From positions 844 through 64,843 of the forward strand of contig JALNXE010000011.1 in NCBI GenBank assembly GCA_023230525.1: 64,000 nucleotides of DNA. The letters are read 5' to 3'. Both the position numbers and the translations under genes were made by a program. The notes beneath the pieces are model-generated. The model saw only the letters and a list, made by a program, of their open reading frames with translations, was not told the DNA's origin and searched no databases. Within the stretch, counting starts at the first letter, position 1. Each line of letters begins with the position of its first letter. This stretch comes from Desulfobulbaceae bacterium (GTDB lineage Bacteria; Desulfobacterota; Desulfobulbia; Desulfobulbales; SURF-16). Shown piece by piece: positions 38,734 to 49,071 of the stretch.

Positions 38734-39392
38734 AAAAAGACATGATAAAGGCAAGCAGCGCGTTTGAACGCGTCGTTCACTGGAGCATGGCGCTGTTCTG
38801 CCTCCTCCTCTGTATCACCGGCATGGGGATGATGTATCATTCCCTTAATTTCATCGGCGAGCTCATGGGCGGCATGATCGTGCTGAAATACGTGCATAAC
38901 TTCAGCGGGCTATTCTTCGGGGTGTCCCTGTTGTTTGCCTTCGGCATGTGGTGGAAGGAAGCCGGGCTTTTTTCCTTTCCCGAGGATCTGCAATGGCTCA
39001 AGGCCTTCGGCGGCTATCTGTGGCGGGTCGATAAGATGCCCGAGGTCGGCAAGTACAATTTCGGACAGAAAATCTTTTTCCTGGTGGTGGCGGGTTACGG
39101 GATGATCATGGTTGTTTCCGGATTGATCATGTGGTTCCCCTTAAGCTTCTCGACCGGCCTGGTGCGGATCATGTTTGTCCTCCATGCCCTGGGTTTTGTC
39201 CTGATCCTGCCCTTTTTCTTTATCCATCTGTACATGGCAACCATTGGCGTACCTGGCTCCGCCCCGGCCATGCTCACCGGCTGGGTGACCAGGGCCTGGT
39301 TGAAAAATCAGCACCCCAAATGGCTGAAAGAAATGGAGAAAGACGGAACACTGGTGGTCTATGACGAGGAGAAGCAGCGTGGACATCACTGA
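38730..39392 (+). CDS. fdnI: formate dehydrogenase cytochrome b (gamma) subunit
   Basis: 220 aa with four TM helices and conserved His residues. 4 bp ATGA overlap with fdnH. Confidence 0.85.
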   Translation: MKKDMIKASSAFERVVHWSMALFCLLLCITGMGMMYHSLNFIGELMGGMIVLKYVHNFSGLFFGVSLLFAFGMWWKEAGLFSFPEDLQWLKAFGGYLWRVDKMPEVGKYNFGQKIFFLVVAGYGMIMVVSGLIMWFPLSFSTGLVRIMFVLHALGFVLILPFFFIHLYMATIGVPGSAPAMLTGWVTRAWLKNQHPKWLKEMEKDGTLVVYDEEKQRGHH

Positions 39393-39531
39393 TGCAGACC
39401 CCATTGCCGGGATAAACCCGAAAAAAGGCCTGTAACGTTTTTCATTCCTCAGCAACCGGGGCGTGCCTCAAACGCGCTCCGGTTCCTCCCTTATTACTTC
39501 CTCCATCCACAAATTAAAAGGTTGCCGCACC

Positions 39532-40407
39532 ATGGGAAAAAACAACAACGAGATATCTGCCGTAAACCGGGATATTGACCAGATCATTGAGCAGAAACCA
39601 TACATCGCGGCCATGCTCGATGCCTTCCGCCCCATTATCCTGGAAAAAAACCGCCTGCTGCGGGAAATGGCGGACAGCAGGACAACCTTGGCGGTTGACG
39701 AGGTAAAATACCGGGGGGGCATTCCCCTGATCCGGCAGTGCCGGCTTTTCTTCCCCGAGGACCCCTGGCAGGAAATGGCCCTGGCGGTCACCGGCGCAAT
39801 CCGGACAGGCTTTCCCCATCTTGCCGGGGACATGGAACGCCTGGCGGAACAGCTCAAGGGCGGCCTGGTTGACCCTTACGATTATTTCCGCTCTTCCGCG
39901 GACCCTGACGAGAACCAGATCAAGGCCTGGGCGGAGAAAATCCCGATTGATCCCGGCGCATTGCGCTTCTTTATCAGCATCATGGCCAGGATCATCCTGA
40001 CCAAGCGGGCCAGGGAGGCGGCCGCAGCAATTGCCCCTCTTCCCTGGGACAAGGGCTACTGCCCCGTCTGCGGCAGCTTTCCCATGCTGGCCGTGACAAG
40101 AGAAAAGGGGCAGAAATGGCTCCAGTGTTCGCAGTGCAGCCATGAGTGGCTGTTCCCCCGGCTAAGGTGCCCATCCTGTGACCATGAGAATCCGCAGGAA
40201 ACAAACTACCAGTATGTCGACAACGAAAAGAATGAGCAGGCCTTTACCTGCGGCAAATGCCGGAAATATCTGATCACCATCAACCGGCCGGCCAATCTGG
40301 AAAAAAGCGATCTGGACATCACGGCAATCAGCCTTGCCCACCTGGATCTGCTTTTGCAAAACCAAGGTTTCACGCCCATGGCGGTGTGCGCCTGGAACAC
40401 CTTTTAG
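39532..40407 (+). CDS. fdhE: formate dehydrogenase accessory protein FdhE
   Basis: Trimmed to MGKNNNEISAV. Four CxxC pairs (CPVCGS, CSQCSHEW, CPSCDHE, CGKCRKY) typical of FdhE. Confidence 0.85.
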   Translation: MGKNNNEISAVNRDIDQIIEQKPYIAAMLDAFRPIILEKNRLLREMADSRTTLAVDEVKYRGGIPLIRQCRLFFPEDPWQEMALAVTGAIRTGFPHLAGDMERLAEQLKGGLVDPYDYFRSSADPDENQIKAWAEKIPIDPGALRFFISIMARIILTKRAREAAAAIAPLPWDKGYCPVCGSFPMLAVTREKGQKWLQCSQCSHEWLFPRLRCPSCDHENPQETNYQYVDNEKNEQAFTCGKCRKYLITINRPANLEKSDLDITAISLAHLDLLLQNQGFTPMAVCAWNTF

Positions 40408-40598
40408 CTCCATGCCCGGCCTGAAAACCCTTGGCGCGCCTATCATTCAACGCCATCCTGTGCGTGATCGCGACAAGGCCTGGAACATCTGGTGCCGCTT
40501 GGAAATCTAACTGTTGCAGTTCAGCGCCGACTCTGCTAATAATCAGCAATCATCTGACGAATTCACTATGGGTCTCTTCACGTTTTTGAGGATTTTCC

Positions 40599-41255
40599 AT
40601 GCCCCAGATAGTTACTTTTATCGGCTGGCACAACAGCGGCAAAACCACCCTGGCCACCCAGGTGGTGCAACATCTCAAAGATGACGGCTACCGGGTCGCG
40701 GTCATCAAATCAAGCAAGGAGACCGGCCTCACCTTTGATAAGCCGGGCAGCGACACCGATAAACACCGGCAGGCGGGCGCCGATTCCATCCTCTTTGTCG
40801 CCCCTGACCAGATGGTGCTGATGGCCAAAAACAGCAATCTGCCCCTCACCACCCTTGCCCACCGCTATTTCCCGGAGGCGGACATTGTCATCGGCGAAGG
40901 GTTCAAGAGGGCGGACCATGTCGCCAAGATCGAGGTGATCCGCGACGCCGGGGAGTTGCTGCGCAGCCAGGTGACCGGCGTCATCGCCGTGGCCACCGAC
41001 CAGAATATTGCCGGCGACTATATCTTCCGCTTGGATGAAAGCCGCGCCATCGCCTCTTTTATCGAAAAACGCTTTCTGCCGGATGCCGGGAAAGATGAGG
41101 GGAAACTCTCCCTGCTGGTCAACGGCGCCACAATCCCTCTCTCGGAATCCGGGCAAGACGCCCTGACCGGCATGGTCAGCGATTTTATCAAATCCCTCCA
41201 GGCCACTGACGACGTGCAGGAGATCGAACTGCGCATCAAGCTCAAGCGACCGTAA
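40599..41255 (+). CDS. mobB: molybdopterin-guanine dinucleotide biosynthesis adaptor MobB with a C-terminal extension
   Basis: 218 aa. P-loop GWHNSGKTTL and VAVIKSS are typical MobB. About 70 extra C-terminal residues. Confidence 0.8.
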   Translation: MPQIVTFIGWHNSGKTTLATQVVQHLKDDGYRVAVIKSSKETGLTFDKPGSDTDKHRQAGADSILFVAPDQMVLMAKNSNLPLTTLAHRYFPEADIVIGEGFKRADHVAKIEVIRDAGELLRSQVTGVIAVATDQNIAGDYIFRLDESRAIASFIEKRFLPDAGKDEGKLSLLVNGATIPLSESGQDALTGMVSDFIKSLQATDDVQEIELRIKLKRP

Positions 41256-41450
41256 TCATCTTCCAGCCAATGGCTTGTTCCTCGTCCTGTCATTCCGGTT
41301 TTTCCGCAAGGGAGGAGCTGATCGCCCGCCGGCCGGATAAGGAAAATGATAGGAATAAAAGACGGAGCCGGGTATAAAACCTTTGCGGGAAGAAATTTCT
41401 GCCGGCCCCGGCAGCCGCGCCGGTAAGAAAAATGTGGAACGGGAGACAGC

Positions 41451-41801
41451 ATGGCAACAGAAGAGAAGCATGGCTTTGAAAACGCATATTCCGACAAAGG
41501 GTTCTGGGGCAAAGTCATCACCCATGCCAAGACTGCCGGCAGAGAGGTCATTGAAAAGGCTTTGTGGCTTTATTTTGCGGCGCAGAATCCTGCCACCCCG
41601 GCCTGGGCCAGAAGTGTCATCTACGGCGCCCTCGGTTACTTTATTTTTCCGCTTGACGCCATAGCCGACATCACCCCTGTCGTCGGCTATGTCGATGACC
41701 TGGGGGTGCTGGCGGCTGCGGTGGCAATCGTGGTGCTATTCATCAACAAGGAAGTCAAGGAAAAGGCCGCGCTCAAGATGAAGGACTGGTTCGGCCGCTG
41801 A
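41451..41801 (+). CDS. YkvA/DUF1232 family membrane protein
   Basis: 116 aa. YFIFPLDAIADITPVVGYVDDLGVL is the DUF1232 signature. Confidence 0.65.
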   Translation: MATEEKHGFENAYSDKGFWGKVITHAKTAGREVIEKALWLYFAAQNPATPAWARSVIYGALGYFIFPLDAIADITPVVGYVDDLGVLAAAVAIVVLFINKEVKEKAALKMKDWFGR

Positions 41802-41999
41802 CCCGCGTGGCGCGGGCCGAGCATCCAGAACACACTCAAGGCTCTATCAGCCGCTCTGCTTGTCCCACATCATCATTTTTATATTTTTTGCACAATTATT
41901 TTGAGTGATGTAGAATAGAACCTTCCCCGGTTGGATAGGATTCATCCTTTTGCGCAGCAGCTGCCGTCGGGCAGAACTGCTCCTTTGAGGAGGACGACG

Positions 42000-42374
42000 A
42001 TGAACTGGAAAAAAATGACGATGACGGTTGCGGTTTTCCTGATGGGACTCAGCATGACCCAGGCTGCCCTGGCTCATCGGCACAGCCACGGCTGGCACGG
42101 CAATGTCGGCATCTACCTTGCCCCTCCCCTGCTGGGCTGGCGGTATTATCCCCCGCCTTATTACTACCCCCCGGCCTATTATTATCCGCCGCCTCCTGTT
42201 TACGTACCCCCTCCCCAGCCTCCGGTCTATATTGAGCGCCCCCCGGCTGAACCGGTCGAACCTCCGCAAGCATACTGGTACTACTGCACCGATCCGGAGG
42301 GATACTATCCCACGGTCAAGGAGTGCCCAGGGGGATGGCTGAAGGTTCTTCCCCAAACCGAACAGACCCCATGA
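42000..42374 (+). CDS. secreted Pro/Tyr-rich protein with a C-terminal Cys-pair motif
   Basis: Trimmed to MNWKKMTMTVAVFLMGLSMTQAALA, with RBS GAGGAGGA. YYPPPYYYPPAYYYPPPP repeats, then YWYYCTDPEGYYPTVKECPGGW. Confidence 0.55.
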   Translation: MNWKKMTMTVAVFLMGLSMTQAALAHRHSHGWHGNVGIYLAPPLLGWRYYPPPYYYPPAYYYPPPPVYVPPPQPPVYIERPPAEPVEPPQAYWYYCTDPEGYYPTVKECPGGWLKVLPQTEQTP

Positions 42375-42390
42375 CCAGGAGGATAAAGAC

Positions 42391-42966
42391 ATGACCTCCG
42401 CGACCTTGAAATGGCTTCCGCTTTCCATGCTGCTCCTCCTGCTGGGAGGGTGCGCCACCATGCCCACCGGTCCATCGGTGATGGTGTATCCCGGGACCGG
42501 CAAAACGTTTGATCAGTTCCGCTACGATGACATGAGGTGCAGACAGTTTGCCCTTGAGTATGTGGGGGGCGCCTCCCCCAGCCAGAACGCCACCCAGAGC
42601 GGGGTAGCCAGCGCCGTGACCGGCACTGCGGTGGGCGCTGCGGCCGGCGCCTTGATAGGTGGGCATGAGGGGGCCGCCGTCGGGGCCGGTACGGGTCTGC
42701 TGGTTGGCACCATGGCCGGGACCGAGACCGCGCAAACCTCCGCCTATTACAGCCAGCAGCAGTATGATAATGCCTATATTCAGTGCATGTATGCCAACGG
42801 CCACCTTGTTCCCATGGCTGGCCGTTTCCAGATGAACAACACATGGCAGAGATCGGAAGAAACACAACCAGCGCCCACCCCGGCGCCTGTTTCCCCGCCG
42901 CCGCCAGGCTATAAAATCCCGCCGCCCCCGCCCGGCCCCCCTCCTTCCCCGCCGCCGGGGATGTGA
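42391..42966 (+). CDS. glycine-zipper lipoprotein with a Pro-rich C-terminus
   Basis: 191 aa. Lipobox LLLLGGC. GxxxG zipper AVTGTAVGAAAGALIGGHEGAAVGAGTGLLVGTMAG. Confidence 0.6.
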   Translation: MTSATLKWLPLSMLLLLLGGCATMPTGPSVMVYPGTGKTFDQFRYDDMRCRQFALEYVGGASPSQNATQSGVASAVTGTAVGAAAGALIGGHEGAAVGAGTGLLVGTMAGTETAQTSAYYSQQQYDNAYIQCMYANGHLVPMAGRFQMNNTWQRSEETQPAPTPAPVSPPPPGYKIPPPPPGPPPSPPPGM

Positions 42967-43200
42967 CCACAAACCGGCAATAGAGAACGGCAGCGACAAG
43001 GATCAGCCTTATAATCGCCATGCATCGAGTTGGATTTGCCCGCCATGCCGGGCAAACAAAAAAAAGCCGAGTCAGATAATGCCGACGTTTGTATAGCGAC
43101 CCAAGCGCCCGGTTCCAGGCAAAAGGTTCTGGATATTTTTGCCAGAAGTGAGGACAATGGGCGACAATCTGCACGATAATAACCATCCACGTGCCATCGC

Positions 43201-46200
43201 ATGAAACTCATCCACAACTCCGGAACAGACCGGATCATTGATCTGATACGTCCGCAACTCAAGCGAGAAAGCCAGCTTGACGTTGTAACACCTACCTTTT
43301 CGTTATTTGCCTTTGCCGAGATGCGGGAGGCTCTTTCCGGACTTGCGAAGACACGCCTGCTGTTGCCGCCGAAATCTACAGATCTGGCTCTCCTGGGGAC
43401 CGAGGCCGACAGGGCCGCGCGCAACCGCTTGCAGACCCGATGGCTTGCCCGACGCTGTGCTGAGTGGATAACAAACAAGGTTGAATTGCGCCGCGCCAAT
43501 GGCCCAGTCCCGCAAGGCGCTATGGTCATACGGGATCGTGAAGCGAATCCTCAGCAGGTTGTGCTTGGCTCGTTTTCTTTCAGCACCGACGGTCTGGGGC
43601 TTACAGCCGGCAACCCGCTCAGCCTGATCCAGGCATCTGAAACACAGGAAGAAAGCCAGCTGCTCAGCCAATGGTTCGACATGCAATGGGCCGGCCTGCA
43701 AGGCCAACCCGGCATACGGGCATCATTTGCAGAATCCATGCAGGCCCTTACTGCTCCCCGTGATCCTTTCACCATCTACTCCCTCATCCTGCATCATCTT
43801 TTCCGGCACCGCGCCGATGAACTTGACGAGGATCAGGTTGTCAAATCCGCCACAGGCATCCGCAACACCCTGGTCTGGAAAAAGCTCTTTAAATTCCAGA
43901 GAGACGGCGTGGTCGGCGCCATTGACAAACTCAACCGCTTCGGCGGCTGCATCATCGCCGACAGCGTGGGCCTGGGAAAAACCTTCGAGGCCCTGGCCAT
44001 CATCAAATACCACGAACTGCGCAATGACCGGGTGCTGGTCCTCTGCCCCAAGCGGTTACGCGATAACTGGACACTTTACAAGGCCAATGACCGACGCAAC
44101 ATCTTGACCTCCGACCGCTTCAACTACGACGTGCTCAACCACACCGATCTGTCGCGTGATAACGGCACATCAGGTGACATTGACCTCTCCCATGTCAACT
44201 GGGGCAATTATGACCTGGTGGTCATCGATGAATCGCACAACTTCCGCAACAAAACCACCCACAAAACCAAAGAGTCCCGCTATGACCGCCTGATGCGCAA
44301 GATCATCAGGGAGGGCGTCAAAACCCGCGTGCTCATGCTTTCGGCAACCCCGGTCAATAATCGGCTGGCCGATCTGCGCAACCAGATTGCCTTTGTCACC
44401 GAGGGCAACGACACCGCCCTGTTGGAGCACGGCATTCCCAGCATCGAAGCCACCACCCAGCTGGCCCAGAAGCAGTTTAATCGCTGGCTGAACCTTGATG
44501 AGTCAGAGAAAACCCCGGCGCAATTGGTGGAGATGCTGGGTTTTGATTACTTCACCCTGCTCGACCACCTCACCATTGCCCGCTCGCGCCGCCACATCGA
44601 AAAATATTACGGGCTCAGCGAAACAGGCCGTTTCCCCGACCGTCTGCCACCCATCAACATCAAACCAGACGTGGATTCCGCCGACCAATTCCGCTCCATC
44701 CGCGACATCAACCAGGAAATCCGCCGCCTGAACCTGGCCAGCTATGCGCCGCTCCGCTATGTGCTGCCCCATAAGCAGGCTGCTTACGACGCAAAATACA
44801 GCACCCAGATTCGCGGCGGCGAGGGCTTTTTCCGGCAGGTTGACCGCGAGGAAAGCCTGATCCATCTGCTGCGCGTCAATGTGCTCAAACGCATGGAAAG
44901 TGCGGTCTCCTCCTTTGCCCTGACCGTACAGCGGCAACTCAGGGATGTGGAAGACACCCTCGCCCGCATAGAGGCGCACGCCGAAGAGATTGAAGAGCTT
45001 GACATCACTGATGTGGACATCGAGGACCCGGCCTTTGAGAGCCTGCTGGTTGGCCGCAAGGTCAAGGTACTGCTCGGGGATGTAGATCTGATTCGCTGGA
45101 AGCAGGATCTCATCGAAGACCGCAACCGGCTGGCGACCCTGCATGCCGCAGCCAGGGAGGTGAATGCCGCCCGCGACGCCAAGCTTGCCGCCCTCAAGGA
45201 AATCATCGCAAGCAAGAGCCGCAATCCGATCAATCCAGGAAACCGAAAGGTGATTGTCTTTACCGCCTTTGCCGACACCGCCGCCTATCTTTACGAACAG
45301 CTCGCCCCGTGGGTTAAGACGACCCTTGGCATGGAAACCGCTTTGGTTACCGGCACCGGTAGCAACCAGGTCACTCTGCCCGGCCAGCGCAAAGACCTTG
45401 CCTCCATCCTCACCGCCTTTTCTCCCCGCTCCAAGGAACGGCCCGAGGACCTGGCCGGCGAGGGAGAGCTTGACCTGCTGATTGCCACCGACTGCATATC
45501 GGAAGGCCAGAATCTGCAAGACTGCGACTGGCTCATCAACTATGATATCCACTGGAACCCGGTGCGGATCATCCAGCGTTTCGGCAGGATCGACAGGATC
45601 GGTTCTCCGAACCAGTGCATCCAGCTCGTCAATTTCTGGCCCAACATGGAGCTGGAGGAGTACATCAACCTGGAGCAGCGAGTCAGCGGCCGCATGGTAC
45701 TCCTGGATATTTCCGCCACCGGCGAGGAAAACCTGATAGAACAACAATCCGGCAACCAGATGAACGACCTGGAGTACCGGCGCAAGCAGTTGCTCAAGTT
45801 GCAGGACACGGTTATCGACCTGGAGGACCTTTCCTCCGGCGTATCCATCACCGACCTCACCCTCACTGATTTCCGCATCGACCTGGCCCAATACATCAAG
45901 GCCAACCCCGGCATCCTCGAATCACTGCCGCTTGGCACCTGTGCTGTCACCACCACGCCTGAAACAGAGATTGCGCCGGGCATCATCTTCTGCCTGCGGG
46001 TCGTAGGGGATGCGGCGCAGAAGATCGGGGAAACAGGCTATCCCCTGGCTCCCCATTATTTGGTCCATGTGGGTAATGATGGCGTGGTGCTGCTGCCCTT
46101 CACCCAGGCCAAGCGTATTCTCGACCGTGTAAAACGCATCTGTCTCGGCCGGGAACTGCCCGATATCGCAGCCGGCTCCCGTTTTGACAAGGCCACCCGC

Positions 46201-46395
46201 CAGGGGGAGGACATGCGCCATGCGCAGCGTCTGCTGGGGGCGGCTATCGCCTCCGTTGCGGGCAAGAATGAAGAGCGGGCCGTGGCCAGCCTGTTTACCC
46301 CTGGCGGCACCCATGCCCTCAAGGGCGAGTTTGCCGGGAATAACGATTTCGAGGTGATAGCGTTTCTGGTGGTGCTGCCGGAGGAAGACGCATGA
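43201..46395 (+). CDS. SNF2-family helicase with an uncharacterised roughly 190 aa N-terminal domain
   Basis: 1064 aa. Motif I ADSVGLGKTFEA, motif II VVIDESHNFRN, motif III MLSATPVNN. The C-terminal lobe has ATDCISEGQNLQD and HWNPVRIIQRFGRIDRIGS. Confidence 0.85.
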   Translation: MKLIHNSGTDRIIDLIRPQLKRESQLDVVTPTFSLFAFAEMREALSGLAKTRLLLPPKSTDLALLGTEADRAARNRLQTRWLARRCAEWITNKVELRRANGPVPQGAMVIRDREANPQQVVLGSFSFSTDGLGLTAGNPLSLIQASETQEESQLLSQWFDMQWAGLQGQPGIRASFAESMQALTAPRDPFTIYSLILHHLFRHRADELDEDQVVKSATGIRNTLVWKKLFKFQRDGVVGAIDKLNRFGGCIIADSVGLGKTFEALAIIKYHELRNDRVLVLCPKRLRDNWTLYKANDRRNILTSDRFNYDVLNHTDLSRDNGTSGDIDLSHVNWGNYDLVVIDESHNFRNKTTHKTKESRYDRLMRKIIREGVKTRVLMLSATPVNNRLADLRNQIAFVTEGNDTALLEHGIPSIEATTQLAQKQFNRWLNLDESEKTPAQLVEMLGFDYFTLLDHLTIARSRRHIEKYYGLSETGRFPDRLPPINIKPDVDSADQFRSIRDINQEIRRLNLASYAPLRYVLPHKQAAYDAKYSTQIRGGEGFFRQVDREESLIHLLRVNVLKRMESAVSSFALTVQRQLRDVEDTLARIEAHAEEIEELDITDVDIEDPAFESLLVGRKVKVLLGDVDLIRWKQDLIEDRNRLATLHAAAREVNAARDAKLAALKEIIASKSRNPINPGNRKVIVFTAFADTAAYLYEQLAPWVKTTLGMETALVTGTGSNQVTLPGQRKDLASILTAFSPRSKERPEDLAGEGELDLLIATDCISEGQNLQDCDWLINYDIHWNPVRIIQRFGRIDRIGSPNQCIQLVNFWPNMELEEYINLEQRVSGRMVLLDISATGEENLIEQQSGNQMNDLEYRRKQLLKLQDTVIDLEDLSSGVSITDLTLTDFRIDLAQYIKANPGILESLPLGTCAVTTTPETEIAPGIIFCLRVVGDAAQKIGETGYPLAPHYLVHVGNDGVVLLPFTQAKRILDRVKRICLGRELPDIAAGSRFDKATRQGEDMRHAQRLLGAAIASVAGKNEERAVASLFTPGGTHALKGEFAGNNDFEVIAFLVVLPEEDA

Positions 46396-47156
46396 ATGCG
46401 ACCGACCTGATCGACGCCCTTGACCTGCCGGTCGAGTGTCGCGTGGATCAGCGGGTGCCCAAGAAACTATTGGTGGAAAAGGGCGCGCCCACTGCTGCCG
46501 ATAAGTGCGGGATCAATGACGGCATCGAGGAAATCCGCTGGCTGGCAGCCCTCAAGCCCACCACCATCGGCGTGTCCGAGTACCGGGATGAAGTGCGCGA
46601 GTACCTGGAAATCGCCGTGCTTTCCGTTATGCTGCGTCCTGGAGCCAAGGAAACGCGACTTACCGAGTTGATCCACCGGGCCGTGCCCTATCCGGTATTT
46701 CTGGTCACAACGGCGCATGATCAGTCCCTGATCCTCTCCCTGGCCCACAAACGATGGGCGCAGAACGAAGCGGACAAGGTGGTGCTGGAAGATGAGGTTG
46801 TTGGTGCGCATATGACAACTCCGCCACTGCCCACCACGCTGAAACAGACGTTCCTGGCCTCCCTTTCCCTGGGGCGCCAGTCCCGGCCACACCTGTTTGC
46901 CTTGTATCAGGGCTGGCTGGACGCCATATTGGCCGTGCAGGCTGCAAGTATTACTGGTACATTCACCCCGACGGCCTCGATAGAAGATTCTCTGGCTCGC
47001 CGCATGGCCTTGCAGCAAGTCCAGCAGCTGGAAGCGCAGATAGTCGCTTTGCGCAAGACCGCAGCCAAGGAAAGACAAATGGCTCGCCAGGTTGAGCTGA
47101 ACCTGGAACTGCAACGGCTGCTGACGCAATTGGCTGATGCGCGCGGCAGATTATAA
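46392..47156 (+). CDS. hypothetical protein, probably DUF4391 family
   Basis: 254 aa. The start overlaps the SNF2 stop (ATGA at 46392..46395). The family name is inferred from the SNF2/methylase context recalled from other genomes, not from a motif I can verify. Confidence 0.5.
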   Translation: MNATDLIDALDLPVECRVDQRVPKKLLVEKGAPTAADKCGINDGIEEIRWLAALKPTTIGVSEYRDEVREYLEIAVLSVMLRPGAKETRLTELIHRAVPYPVFLVTTAHDQSLILSLAHKRWAQNEADKVVLEDEVVGAHMTTPPLPTTLKQTFLASLSLGRQSRPHLFALYQGWLDAILAVQAASITGTFTPTASIEDSLARRMALQQVQQLEAQIVALRKTAAKERQMARQVELNLELQRLLTQLADARGRL

Positions 47157-47169
47157 TAAAGGAAGAAGA

Positions 47170-49062
47170 ATGCAGAAAATTACCGCTCAAGACCCGGAAG
47201 CCAAATCCACCGACATCGTGGCAGGAAATATTGAGCAGCTCAAGACCCTGTTCCCCGAACTCATCACTGAAGGGACAGATGGCGCGGCCATCAACGTGGA
47301 TGTGCTCAAGGCGCTGGTGGGCGACAAGACCGTTACCGATGCTGACGAAAAGTATGGTCTCAACTGGCACGGCAAGCGCCAGGCCCGGCAGATGGCGCTG
47401 ACTCCTTCCACCGGCACGCTCCGTCCCTGCCCGGAGGAGAGTGTGGACTGGGATACCACCCGGAACCTGATGATCGAGGGCGACAATCTGGAGGTATTAA
47501 AGCTCCTGCAAAAGAGCTATGCCGGCAAGGTCAAGCTCATCTACATCGACCCGCCTTACAACACCGGCAAGGATTTTATCTATCCCGACAACTTTCAGGA
47601 CAATATCAAAAACTACCAACAATTAATGGGGTGGCGTGACGAAAAGGGGGAAAAGATCAGTTCCTTAGCAAAAAACAGCGAAGCCAGCGGCCGGTTCCAC
47701 ACCGACTGGCTGAACATGATGTATCCGCGTTTGAAGTTGGCGAGGACTTTGTTGCGGGAGGATGGGGTGATATTCGTTTCAATCGATGATCACGAAGTTC
47801 ATCATCTACGGGCATTAATGACTGAGGTATTCGGTGATGAGAATTTCGTTGCGACTGCAATTTGGGAAAAAGCAGATTCACCGAGGAACTCTGCAAGACA
47901 GTTCTCTGAGGATCACGACTTCATATTAATTTTCTCGCGGATTCCAAATTGGGCACCAGATCGTTTGCCACGAACAGAGGCGGCGAACTCTATATATTCT
48001 AACCCAGACAATGATCCGCGTGGCGAATGGTTGCCAGGCGACCCATATGCAAACAAACCTTACTCTAAAGGTAAATACACCATTACAGGTCCTACAGGGA
48101 GAACATTCTCGCCGCCGCCTGGCAGATTCTGGCGAATATCAGAAGAAAAACTTCGAGAATTAGATACGAAAGGTCGGATATGGTGGGGTCCAAATGGTAA
48201 CGCCCGTCCAAGTATTAAACGCTATCTGACAGAGGTTGCAGACCTTACTCCTCGAACTCTATGGAAGAAGGAAGATGTAGGCAGCAACCGAACATCAAAA
48301 AATGAAATGCGTACTCTGTTTCCTGAAAATGAGTCCTTCGATACCCCAAAGCCTACAAAACTAGTTGAGCGCATGTTGCGACTGTCAACTTTTACAACAG
48401 AAGGGGACATCGTTCTTGATTTCTTCGCCGGCTCTGGGACAACTGCGCACGCGACAATAAATCTAAATAGAGAAGACGGGGGCAATAGGCAGTTCATTTT
48501 GGTTCAGTTACCCGAGCCTCTTTCGGGTGGGGCGGTAAATTCTTTGAACACAATCTCAGCAATCACAGTAGAACGTCTCCGCAGGGCTGGAGAGAAAATA
48601 AAATCCGATGCCCCAAACTACCAAGGCGACTTGGGCTTCCGCGTCTTCAAGCTCGACACCTCCAATATCCGCGCCTGGGAGCCGGACCGGGATAACCTGG
48701 GCAAGACCCTGCTCGACCATCTGGAACATATTAAAAGTGGTCGCAGCGAGGCGGACATCCTCTACGAGCTGCTGCTGAAGCTCGGCCTCGATCTCTGCGT
48801 ACCCATGGAGAAGCGCACCATTGCCGGCAAGGAGGTGCATGCCATCGGTGGCGGCGTGCTCATGGCCTGCCTGGCGGAAACCATCACCAGCACCGAGGTG
48901 GAGCCGCTGGCCCTAGGCATCGTGGAATGGCACAAGGCCCTCGCCCCGGCGGTCGACACCACCTGCGTCTTCCGCGACTCCGCCTTTGCCGACGACGTGG
49001 CCAAGACCAACTGCACGGCTATTCTCAACCAGTACGGTATCACCAACGTGCGGAGCCTGTAG
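47170..49062 (+). CDS. mod: Type III-like N6-adenine DNA methyltransferase (Mod, beta-class N6_N4_Mtase)
   Basis: Trimmed to MQKITAQD, with RBS AAAGGAAG. Motif IV IYIDPPYNTG precedes motif I LDFFAGSGTTAHA, which is the beta-class order with the TRD between the two. Confidence 0.85.
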   Translation: MQKITAQDPEAKSTDIVAGNIEQLKTLFPELITEGTDGAAINVDVLKALVGDKTVTDADEKYGLNWHGKRQARQMALTPSTGTLRPCPEESVDWDTTRNLMIEGDNLEVLKLLQKSYAGKVKLIYIDPPYNTGKDFIYPDNFQDNIKNYQQLMGWRDEKGEKISSLAKNSEASGRFHTDWLNMMYPRLKLARTLLREDGVIFVSIDDHEVHHLRALMTEVFGDENFVATAIWEKADSPRNSARQFSEDHDFILIFSRIPNWAPDRLPRTEAANSIYSNPDNDPRGEWLPGDPYANKPYSKGKYTITGPTGRTFSPPPGRFWRISEEKLRELDTKGRIWWGPNGNARPSIKRYLTEVADLTPRTLWKKEDVGSNRTSKNEMRTLFPENESFDTPKPTKLVERMLRLSTFTTEGDIVLDFFAGSGTTAHATINLNREDGGNRQFILVQLPEPLSGGAVNSLNTISAITVERLRRAGEKIKSDAPNYQGDLGFRVFKLDTSNIRAWEPDRDNLGKTLLDHLEHIKSGRSEADILYELLLKLGLDLCVPMEKRTIAGKEVHAIGGGVLMACLAETITSTEVEPLALGIVEWHKALAPAVDTTCVFRDSAFADDVAKTNCTAILNQYGITNVRSL

Positions 49063-49071
49063 GGAGTAATC

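Noticed and set aside
42967-43200. Search for an integrase, a tRNA-Asn 3' end direct repeat or att sites bounding the 43-54 kb cassette
   Set aside because: No recombinase gene occurs anywhere in the window, and I saw no duplicate of the tRNA-Asn 3' end at the left boundary. The mobility of the cassette is therefore unsupported by the sequence.
44503-45891. 462 aa minus-strand ORF inside the SNF2 gene
   Set aside because: Antisense shadow. The + strand carries the ordered SNF2 helicase motifs.
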